NCBI GenBank assembly: GCA_963740315.1
Contig: CAVUDP010000002.1
Span: 736,001 to 800,000, forward strand
Direction: 5' to 3'
DNA from: an uncultured cyanobacterium
Lineage (GTDB): Bacteria; Cyanobacteriota; Cyanobacteriia; Cyanobacteriales; Nostocaceae
Length of the DNA: 64,000 nt
Shown: positions 52,222 through 61,500 of the stretch, in pieces
Numbering within the stretch: the stretch's first letter is position 1
How the letters are laid out: the number at the start of each line of letters is the position of its first letter
The notes under the pieces: model-generated
What the model was told of the DNA's origin: nothing
The model's database searches: none
What the model saw: the letters and a program-made list of their open reading frames with translations, nothing else
Translations under genes and position numbers: made by a program

Positions 52222-52277
52222 ATACTAACATGGCTCAAATGCCGAGTCAAACAATCCCGATAGTTTTTGTCGGGATT
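52222..52277 (-). promoter_or_regulatory. Promoter (TTGACT-N17-TAGTAT) with an adjacent palindromic operator
   Basis: Minus-strand -35 at 52245-52250 and -10 at 52222-52227; AATCCCGA-N9-TCGGGATT at 52253-52277. Confidence 0.65.
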
Positions 52278-52343
52278 AGATTTTATATAGATTTTGCGTG
52301 CAGTTACCAGTTAGGGACTTCCAAAAATAATTTATCTAATAAC

Positions 52344-52570
52344 GGTAGTGCGAGCATCTTGCTCGCTATTCTTTGTGGGTATGCCTTCATTATTTGTGTC
52401 ATTGCTCACGAGGGGCGTTAGCGCAGCGTCTCCCTCCGGGAGATAGCAATCGCAAAACTTTGGGATTGCCTAAGTTACTTCGTTCAACTCGCTTCGGACA
52501 AATGTACAATTAATTTTGCCCAGGTACTTATCTCGCTATTTATCTCAAGCGAGCAAGATGCTCGCACTAC
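52344..52570. repeat. Inverted pair of 23-bp REP-like palindromes (GTAGTGCGAGCATCTTGCTCGCT)
   Basis: 52344-52366 and 52548-52570 are exact reverse complements. Confidence 0.8.
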
Positions 52571-52626
52571 ATAATATGAATTCCTTGATGTTCTGTCTTT
52601 TTCTTTTTTATCGCAATTCTCGGATT

Positions 52627-52695
52627 ATCCCCCCTTCCCCCCTTTTTTAAGGGGGGTTAAAGTCCCCCTTTTATAAGGGGGATTTAGGGGGATCT
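52627..52695. repeat. CCCCCTT(T/A)AAGGGGG multi-hairpin dispersed repeat
   Basis: Read directly; same family as 63936-64000. Confidence 0.75.
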
Positions 52696-53480
52696 GGATT
52701 TAGAGGGATCTCAAAAGTTGCGAGTTATATTAGTAGCTTTCCCGCGCATCTTGGAACGAGAATAGAAGTAGCAGTTATTAGCGATCGGTTCCAAAAATAT
52801 TCCTAACGACATAGAGACTGAATCTAACTAATCGTGTTTTGATTAAATAGATAGATATAAATTGTTTGAAGTTAGCGTTACGCGCACGCGACTTTAAAAG
52901 GTCATAAGAATCGCCGCAATTCATCTTAATAACCTTTTTTCCTTAGTTGTATACATAAATCTTCACAAAGTTAGAAAAAATTCACTCCCAAATCAAGTAA
53001 TCAATAAAAAAGTAAATAAGCATATAAATAGTGAAAAGCTTTCTAGCTTATCACATGACTTGTGACAAAGTTATGAAAAAACGAGGAAAAATCTACATAA
53101 GCTTTATGTAGTTAATCAAACAATAAATTAAACCGGGAAATTTCTTCTACAGAACCAAATTTCCATATTTATACTGACGATCTAGTAAAGATTTAAATTT
53201 AAGATTTATCTGTCACCAAAAATACTTTTGATATTCCAACCGAATCAGAAAAACCTAAAACAAACTCCATGTTTAAGAGTAAGAGAGTAGCATCCGGACA
53301 TCAGGGCTTACTTCATCTACCACAATAACAGGAAAATATCAAAATAAATTGGTAAAAGTCATACTCAAGAACTAGGGTTTCTAGGTTAAGAAAGCTATTG
53401 GCAATTCTTTAAAGATTTGCAAAAAAAGCCTACGTGTTTACACATAGGCTGAGAAGTCATAATTTGCTATTAATTCTAAA

Positions 53481-56081
53481 ATGTCACAGAAAAAGAAATT
53501 TGTCAAAAAGCAGGGACAAGTCTATCGTTCCTTGGTTGCATCTGCATTGATTGTCAATGGTGTATTTCAGTTTGTTGCTCCTGTATTAGCTCAAACAGCA
53601 GCAGGCGGGGAGATTAAGAACAGAGCTACAGCAACCTACGAAGATCCCACAAATCCGGGAACAACAATCAATACCACATCCAACGAAGTAATTGTACAAG
53701 TTGCGGAAGTAGCAGGTATCACTGTTACAGGTGCTGGTACTACATTGAAGACGGATGCTGATAGCGATAATACTCCCGATGCTGGCGATGAAGTTTACTT
53801 TAACTACACCGTTACTAACGTTGGTAATGACCCTACACAGTTCAGAATACCAAACTTAGCAAGTACAACAGGTCCAGCTACGGTTTCTGGCAGTTTGGAA
53901 TATAGTACTAATGGTGGTACTACTTGGACACCAATCGATGGCGGTGCAACACCAGGAGCAACTGAAGCTATCATTCCTGGGATTCCAGTTGGCGGTACTG
54001 TACAAGTTCGCGTTCCCGTTACAGTGGCAGCTGGTGCTCAAGAGAACGACACTATCACCGTTAAGTTGGGTGATACTCCAGGTGATGGGCAAAACCAGCC
54101 ACGTAATCCAGATGGTGGTGACGTTTACACCGTGGATAACCCCGATGATAGTGTAGCTGGTGAAGTAGATGGCGATCCTGTTAACGGTACTCGTGAAGCT
54201 AGTGCTAGTCAACAAATTCAAGTCGATGCAACCTTGAAAACCTATGCATTAGCAAAGGTACTCAAAAAACGTAGTGAATACAGTAATTCGGGAACTCCAA
54301 CTATTATTACTGATGATACTTTAACCTACGACCTCAGTTTAGAAGTTGAGCAAAATGACTCTACTAACAGTGGAATTACTCCCGCACCGTTAGTTGGAAG
54401 AAATATTACCCTTGATGGTACCTCTCAACCACGTATCTTAGTTTCCGATGCAATTCCACTTGGTACAGACTTGGCTGGCGTGCCTGCTGCACCTCCTGGT
54501 TGGGAAGTAGTTTACACCATAGATCCGACCGCAACAAATGCCAATGTAGCGAATTGGACTACAACAGCCCCGACTGATTTAGCAAGCGTAACCCGTATTG
54601 GTTTTGTTAACAATCCCAATGTAATCACTTCTGTAAACCCAGGTCAAACGGTAACTGGTTTCAAGATTAATCTTACTGTTGAGGCGGGTTCTACTGCTCC
54701 GTTAACTGTCAACAATATCGCTCAGTTATTCGGTTCGTCTCCTGATAACGATAACGACCCCACCAACAATCCTCCAGTATATGATGAATCTGGAGACCAA
54801 AACCCCAGTAACTTTAACGATGATGGTACACCACTAGCAGGAACAGATACTCCAGGTCCTGATAATACTCCAGGTGATGGTATTCCTGACACATTACCTG
54901 AGAATGTGGTTGATGATGGTTTCATTGACGATGATACTGATGCAACCGCGACTGGAATTGACACTGGAAACAATAACAGCGCTATAGACCGTGAAGGTAC
55001 TGATGGTGGTGAACTGAACCAGTTTGTCATCGATCCAACTGCAAATGCACTAGTGAATGGACCTGAAGGTAGTCCAGATGCCATTGGTCCTACGGATAAT
55101 AACGATGACTTCACCAACAAGTCTTCCTTAGTACCTCCTGGTCAAACTCCAGATAAAATAGACCCAGACACTGGAGCGCCAGACCCAACTACTATTGACC
55201 CAGCACCCGTACCTTTCACGAATACCGTTTCCAATGGTGGTGGTGCCCCAGCTGATATTTCACTGGTTCCCACCCCGCCTGCTACTCCTAGTGATTTACC
55301 TACTGGTACTACAGTAACTGTTAGTTATAATTCTGATTCTGTAGTTTACACCTGGAATGGTACCAACTTTAATCCCCCCGCCGGTACTCCTCCTATCGTC
55401 ATTTCTGGCGTACAACCCGGTCAAGAAGTCAACTATGGTGTTGAAGTCAATTTACCAAGTGATACACGTCTATCTACTGACTTGAACGACCCCACAGATC
55501 CCAACTCTGCAATCGGTGGTTTCCCAGTTCCGATCACTGCCTTTATTGACGATGGAACTCCAGGTTTCCAAGGTACAGAAGTTAACAATATCACTATTGA
55601 CCGGGTATACACTGGCTACTTAAGACTGGACAAAGAGTCTAGAATCCTCAAAGGAGATGGACCAGACGTATTAGCTGGTCAGGATGTGTTCAGTAAAGAT
55701 AACAAGCAGCCTTCGGAAGGTAACTTGATTGAATACCGAATTACTTACAGAAATATCTCTGATGCTCAAGCTGGAGATGGTAACGTTACTTTAGATGCCG
55801 ATAATGTGGTAATCGAAGACGATGGAACCCTCGGTGATAACAACTGGGCAAAAGACAATGATGGCGATAACATTATTGACACCAGTAACGTAGTTGGTTC
55901 TGCTCAAGATTCTGATAATGGAAATATTCTATTCTTCAGCGGCGATCCAGCAACAACCACCGCACAAGATCAAACAGGTACAGATGCTAATAGTGATGTT
56001 ACTAAGTATGTAGACGAAGTGACGGGAAGTGTTGAACCTGGTGCGTCAGGAAACTTCACCTTCCAACGTAAGGTTAACTAA
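53481..56081 (+). CDS. Secreted multi-domain DUF11/Ig-like protein (putative major fibre subunit)
   Basis: Signal peptide ending VLA-Q; repeated G.....Y..TVTN.GN / V.D.IP.G / V.PG motifs; Asp/Thr/Pro/Gly-rich. Confidence 0.8.
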   Translation: MSQKKKFVKKQGQVYRSLVASALIVNGVFQFVAPVLAQTAAGGEIKNRATATYEDPTNPGTTINTTSNEVIVQVAEVAGITVTGAGTTLKTDADSDNTPDAGDEVYFNYTVTNVGNDPTQFRIPNLASTTGPATVSGSLEYSTNGGTTWTPIDGGATPGATEAIIPGIPVGGTVQVRVPVTVAAGAQENDTITVKLGDTPGDGQNQPRNPDGGDVYTVDNPDDSVAGEVDGDPVNGTREASASQQIQVDATLKTYALAKVLKKRSEYSNSGTPTIITDDTLTYDLSLEVEQNDSTNSGITPAPLVGRNITLDGTSQPRILVSDAIPLGTDLAGVPAAPPGWEVVYTIDPTATNANVANWTTTAPTDLASVTRIGFVNNPNVITSVNPGQTVTGFKINLTVEAGSTAPLTVNNIAQLFGSSPDNDNDPTNNPPVYDESGDQNPSNFNDDGTPLAGTDTPGPDNTPGDGIPDTLPENVVDDGFIDDDTDATATGIDTGNNNSAIDREGTDGGELNQFVIDPTANALVNGPEGSPDAIGPTDNNDDFTNKSSLVPPGQTPDKIDPDTGAPDPTTIDPAPVPFTNTVSNGGGAPADISLVPTPPATPSDLPTGTTVTVSYNSDSVVYTWNGTNFNPPAGTPPIVISGVQPGQEVNYGVEVNLPSDTRLSTDLNDPTDPNSAIGGFPVPITAFIDDGTPGFQGTEVNNITIDRVYTGYLRLDKESRILKGDGPDVLAGQDVFSKDNKQPSEGNLIEYRITYRNISDAQAGDGNVTLDADNVVIEDDGTLGDNNWAKDNDGDNIIDTSNVVGSAQDSDNGNILFFSGDPATTTAQDQTGTDANSDVTKYVDEVTGSVEPGASGNFTFQRKVN

Positions 56082-56127
56082 ATAAATGTTCGATGGTAGG
56101 GATGTTTGATTGCAACATCTCTACTAA

Positions 56128-56300
56128 TATCAAGTCCGCTTCATTACCCTTAATGCCGGTGAGAAAAGGACTGCAATGATAACTAACATTTAGACTTGAT
56201 TGGGACTTATGCTTTGCCCACAGACGGCTCCTGGGTTGGGGGAATAGATAGGTAGTAAATACTTAATTTTTCCTGCCCGTTGCGTAAGTCCTATTGGTAT
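56128..56300. mobile_element. Nested MITEs (ATATCAAGTC..GACTTGAT element interrupted by a GGACTTA..TAAGTCC element)
   Basis: Inner TIRs at 56202 and 56292, flanked by TTGAT / TTGGT. Confidence 0.6.
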
Positions 56301-56346
56301 AAATAGTTAAATTTCCTAAAACGTTAATTTAGAAGAGGTATTGATA

Positions 56347-56919
56347 ATGAAAATAAAGCATGGCTCGTTTGTAGGTTTAGGCGCTCTAGCGATAGTAGCA
56401 ACTATTTCCTTTAGCAGTGCAATTCCTGCTGTCACGAATGTATTTAGTGGTGGAATTGCAAACGCGCAAAATGCCAAGAAAGGACAAGTAGAGTTACGCT
56501 TAAAAGCTGAAAAGAAAATTGTACGGCAAGTTGAAGGTAAGTCAAAAGTAACCTGGAAAGAAATAAAAAATGGCGGTACAGTCTATCCAGGAGAAGTACT
56601 GCGCTACTCAATAAAAGGCGCAAATAATGGTGAGAAAGCTGTTAATAATCTCGCTATTAATCAATTGATTCCTAAAGGAATGATTTATGTACTCAACTCT
56701 GCAACAGTAAATCAAAACACTGGCGCACAAATTACATATAGCATTAACGGTGGTAAAACTTATGTTCAAAATCCCACCGTTCAAGTTAAATTAGCTGACG
56801 GTACAGTCGAAAATCGCCCCGCACCGGATAGTGCTTATACTCACGTGCGTTGGAATTTCGGTAAATCTGTTCCTGGTAAAGCAGATGTTAATGGCACTTA
56901 TCAGGTAAGAGTACGTTAA
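56347..56919 (+). CDS. Secreted single-domain DUF11 protein
   Basis: Signal peptide ending ANA-Q; PGEVLRYSI..NNG....NLAINQLIPKGMIYV; YTHVRW; ends YQVRVR. Confidence 0.85.
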   Translation: MKIKHGSFVGLGALAIVATISFSSAIPAVTNVFSGGIANAQNAKKGQVELRLKAEKKIVRQVEGKSKVTWKEIKNGGTVYPGEVLRYSIKGANNGEKAVNNLAINQLIPKGMIYVLNSATVNQNTGAQITYSINGGKTYVQNPTVQVKLADGTVENRPAPDSAYTHVRWNFGKSVPGKADVNGTYQVRVR

Positions 56920-57042
56920 AGCGATTTTAAATTTTATATTTTAGAGACGTGGTATTACTACGTCTCCATATAATAAATTTGACAGTTGAGAAATTATCAA
57001 GACGCAAACAATCTTGTTATTAATTATATTTAGGAGAAATTC

Positions 57043-58596
57043 GTGCGCCGCCAAAAGAAGCGATACCAGATTTATGGTAGTAGCTGGGTTAAACGCATAG
57101 CGGCTACCTTTTTAGCAGGAACTGTTGTTCAGGGTTCCATCTCTGCATTTGCTCAAGAAGTTCAGCGTCCAGTGATTAGCAACCAGGCTGCATTAAGTTA
57201 TAAAAATAGAGCGAGTAATCAAAATTTTGAGGGAGTTACCAGTCAGTTAAAAATTAATACTATTGCTAATGATACTCCGGATGCAGGATTAATTGACCCG
57301 TTTGGACAAATTTTGGGTTGTAATGGAAAGGAATTAGATGATTACACGGGCTTTACTTCTAGTTTATTTGAACCCGATCCAAACGATCCTACGGGGACGG
57401 AAGTAGGACGACTGATTCAGCTAACTCCTACTGACAATATTCCTAATAACAATATTCCTCAAGGTATTGCACCGAATATCACGAACCTTAACAATTATGC
57501 GATAACAAATAATCCAGTTAACGGTAAGCGAGGGGTTTACAATTTCTTATTCGACACTGGTAGAGGTCAAACTGACGTAGGTAAAACCTATATTCTAGTC
57601 GTCAATCCCCCAGAGAATTCTACTTTCCCCGAACGACGAATAAGGTTAGAAATTCAAAGCGTGAATGGTAATATTCTTACCTATGTTGCTACTTCTCTAG
57701 ATGGTCAGCCAATTACCGCTACAGGTGATAACGCTACTCAAATTTCCGAAACTCAGATTTCCGAACAAATTGTAATTATCAACGATGCGGAAAGAGTGGG
57801 ATTGAGTTTGGCACTGCGATTTAATTTGAATTCGTGTTCTTCCGAACAAATCACAATTACTAAAACTGGCGATCGCGCTACTGCGGAACCTGGCGATACG
57901 GCGGTTTATCGTCTGTCGTTAAGGAATACTGGCGATGCTGGCTTAAATGATGTGGTTGTTACCGACCAATTCCCTCTCGGATTTAAGTTTTTACCGGAAT
58001 CGGTTCGCGGTCAAATTGGGGATGAAGAAGTTGCGGTAACTACGGAAACTAATGGTTCTACCGTTACCTTCCGTACCGATGCAACTATTCCCGAAGATGG
58101 TGTACTTAATATTGCTTATGGCGCAAAACTAACTCCCGATGCGGTAAGGGGTTCGGGACGCAACTCGGCTACTGTTAATGCCGAACGTGTTGATAACGAT
58201 TTTGCTGTCAAAGATGGTCCTGCAACGCATTTGTTACGCATTCGACCCGGTATTACTTCCGATTGCGGTACCATCATCGGTCGCGTATTTGTTGATAAAA
58301 ACTTTGATGGCGAACAGCAAGCAGGGGAACCCGGAGTACCGAATGCAGTAATCTTCCTGGAAAACGGCAACCGTATAACTACTGACCCAGAAGGTTTATA
58401 TTCAGTCAAAAATGTATTACCCGGTAAACATACAGGCGTTCTGGATTTACAGAGCATACCTGATTATACCTTGGCTCCCAACGTCAAATTTAAAGAACGC
58501 AACAGTCAATCACGGCTTGTAAATTTAGAACCCGGTGGAATGGTGAGAATGAACTTCGCAGTCACTCCGAACTTTGGGGAGGAGGCAAAGAAATGA
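57043..58596 (+). CDS. Secreted DUF11 plus SdrD-B-like domain protein
   Basis: Signal peptide ending AFA-Q; ITKTGDRATAEPGDTAVY..RNTG..VVVTDQFPLGF; GRVFVDKNFDGEQQAGEPGVPNAVIFL. Confidence 0.85.
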   Translation: MRRQKKRYQIYGSSWVKRIAATFLAGTVVQGSISAFAQEVQRPVISNQAALSYKNRASNQNFEGVTSQLKINTIANDTPDAGLIDPFGQILGCNGKELDDYTGFTSSLFEPDPNDPTGTEVGRLIQLTPTDNIPNNNIPQGIAPNITNLNNYAITNNPVNGKRGVYNFLFDTGRGQTDVGKTYILVVNPPENSTFPERRIRLEIQSVNGNILTYVATSLDGQPITATGDNATQISETQISEQIVIINDAERVGLSLALRFNLNSCSSEQITITKTGDRATAEPGDTAVYRLSLRNTGDAGLNDVVVTDQFPLGFKFLPESVRGQIGDEEVAVTTETNGSTVTFRTDATIPEDGVLNIAYGAKLTPDAVRGSGRNSATVNAERVDNDFAVKDGPATHLLRIRPGITSDCGTIIGRVFVDKNFDGEQQAGEPGVPNAVIFLENGNRITTDPEGLYSVKNVLPGKHTGVLDLQSIPDYTLAPNVKFKERNSQSRLVNLEPGGMVRMNFAVTPNFGEEAKK

Positions 58597-61500
58597 GACA
58601 ATTAAGCGGTGCAGGTATTTTCAACTTTAAATTAATAGGCGCGATCGCAGGAACTATAGGTGTGGTATTACACCCACTTGTAGCAAGAGCCGATACCGAT
58701 AACTCAACACATAGCGATCGCCAGCAGAAATCTTCAAAAGCATCTATAGGTACGAGTCAAAGCAGTAGAAAATATCATCGCTCAAAACAACTTGTAGAAG
58801 CGCTCGAAGTAATAAATAATAATAAAAACCAAAATAAAAATGTAATTGCTTTAAACAAAAAAGATACTAATACAAATTTGCCTGCTAGTTTACAAAAGTT
58901 AGTAGACGAGCGGAATTATGCCGCTGAGTATATCTTAACTGCTTTAAAAACTGAAGATACTAATACTAATTTACCCGCTAGTTTACAGAAATTAGTAGAC
59001 GAGCGAAATAATGCAGCAGAAAATACGCTGATTGCTTTAAAACCTGCTGAAGTAACAGATAACATATCTTTAGTACAAAAAATAAAATATTCACGCAACC
59101 AGGTAATAGATTCACAACCAGAATTGATTAATGTAGAGACGCAATATATTGCATCTGTTGCGTCTGTTGCGTCTATAGTTGAACCCAAAACAATAAATAT
59201 TGAAGAAGCACCATATACTGTATCTTTACAAAATAGATTATTGCCAATCGATACATCGGAGCAATTCTTTAGCAGTCGAGAACAAATTAATTCCCCAGAA
59301 AATTATCTACTAGCTTTAGAACCTTTCCTTAACGAACAAAAGCCTGTAGAATCACAAATTGAAAATCCATCAGAAAAAACAATTGATTCGACATTAGTTG
59401 CAATCAACGTATTTGAGTCAATATCCTTCGATAAACCAGCATCATACATACCAATAATTGCTAAGAATTGGACAACAGATAACCTTACCAATAAAACCTA
59501 TAGTTTTACATCATTAGTTGCTATAAAACCTTCATTTTTAACGGATAATTCCGATCGCAATTCGTCACAGATGAAACTAGCAGCAATATATAACTCATTT
59601 ACTGGAGATAACCGCAACCAAGATCCGAATAATAATCTTTTGGCAGCTTATTCTAATCCCTTTGCATTACCCAACCCCGAATTAAACCCTAATTTAGCAC
59701 CAAATTCTACTCAGTATATTTCCCAATTTCCTCAAGATGCTAACAATTCTGCAACGGTAAAAATCCTCTCACCTACTCCCGATGCGGTTGTAGATGTGGC
59801 TGCGACTCCAATTATCGTCCAGTTTCCGGTGGGAAATGAAGTAGAATTAAGGGTTAATGGCGATTTATCGGATCGATCTTTAATTGGACGAACTGAAACT
59901 GATTCCGAAACCGATTTGGTAACGCAGACATGGTATGGTGTTTCTCTACAAAATGGGGAAAACATCATTTCGGCACAGGTTATCGGTTCTAAAGAGCCTG
60001 CCGCTACCATAAAGGTAATGGTAAGAGGTGGAGCGGATAAATTAAAAATAGATACCGTAGAATCGCGGATTCCTGCCGATGGGCTTTCTACTGCGACAAT
60101 TAAAGGTACATTGCTCGACGAAAACGGCAACCGTTCCAATCACGATGCTGTTGTTACCTTGGCAACTACAGCCGGGGAATTTGTCGAACCCGATTTTAAA
60201 CCGGGGCAGCCGGGATTCCAGGTACAGGCAAAGTCGGGACAATTTACCGCTACTCTCAAATCTGGATTAGATGCCAAAACTGTGCGAATTAAGGCGAAAG
60301 CTGGAAAGTTAGAAGATTTTACTCAACTACAATTCCAAACTGCTTTGCGTCCAAGTTTGATGACTGGTGTGATCGATTTCCGATTGGGTGCTAGAGGTAC
60401 TGACTTTTATAGTAGATTTAAAGATTTCTTACCTGAAGACGAAGACAACGATACTGAAGTAAAATTCCGTTCGGCTGTATTTGCAACTGGTGCAATTGGT
60501 GAATGGTTGGTAACTGGTGCTTATGATAGCAGTCGTTCTTTAAATGAAGATTGTAATTGCGATAATCGGTTATTTGGCAGCTATCAATTCAGCGAGCAGA
60601 ATTACCCAGTTTATGGGGATAGTTCTTCAGTTAATCAAACTACTCCATCTACCGACAGCGTATATTTACGGTTGGAGCGTTCGTCTCGCACTCTGGGAGC
60701 CGATCCCGATTATGCAATGTGGGGAGATTACAACACTGAAGAATTTTCTCGTTCTTCACAACAGTTTACTTCCTTAACTCGTCAGCTACACGGTTTTAAA
60801 GCTAATTACAACATTGGAAATCTTCAAGCTACGGCTTTCTACGGAAATAATATAGAAGGTTTTCAACGCGATATCTTACCCCCTGACGGAACTAGCGGTT
60901 TTTACTTTGTTTCCCGTAGATTACTGGTACCTGGTAGTGAAAGTGTCTTTATTGAATTAGAAGAATTAAATCGTCCCGGTACTGTATTGCAGCGCGAACG
61001 GTTGAGTAGGGGGCCAGATTATGAGATTGATTACGATAGAGGAACGGTTTTATTCCGCGAACCAATTTTACGCACGGATGTAAACGAATTTGGTGAAGTT
61101 TTAGTACGTCGTATTGTCGTTACCTATCAATATGAAGGTGAAGGAGGAAACGATACTGATATTTACGCGGGAAGATTGCAATATAATTTTTCTCGCGGTG
61201 TTAATAATGATAGTTGGTTAGCTACTACTTACCTCCAGGAAAATCAAGGCGATCGCGATTTTGAATTGTACGGTGCAGATGCTCAATTTACTTTTGGTAA
61301 AGTCGGCAAATTGATTGCTGAATTCGCTCGCAGCCGCAATGATTCCAACGAGATGGGCATGGTAGAAGGTGATGCTATCAGAGCGGAAGCTGAAGCCGAA
61401 TTTTTCAAGGGTTTACGAACTCGCGCTTATTACCGTTTCGCGGATACCGGATTTGCAAATAATGCCACTATCAGTTTTGTACCCGGACAAACTCGTTACG

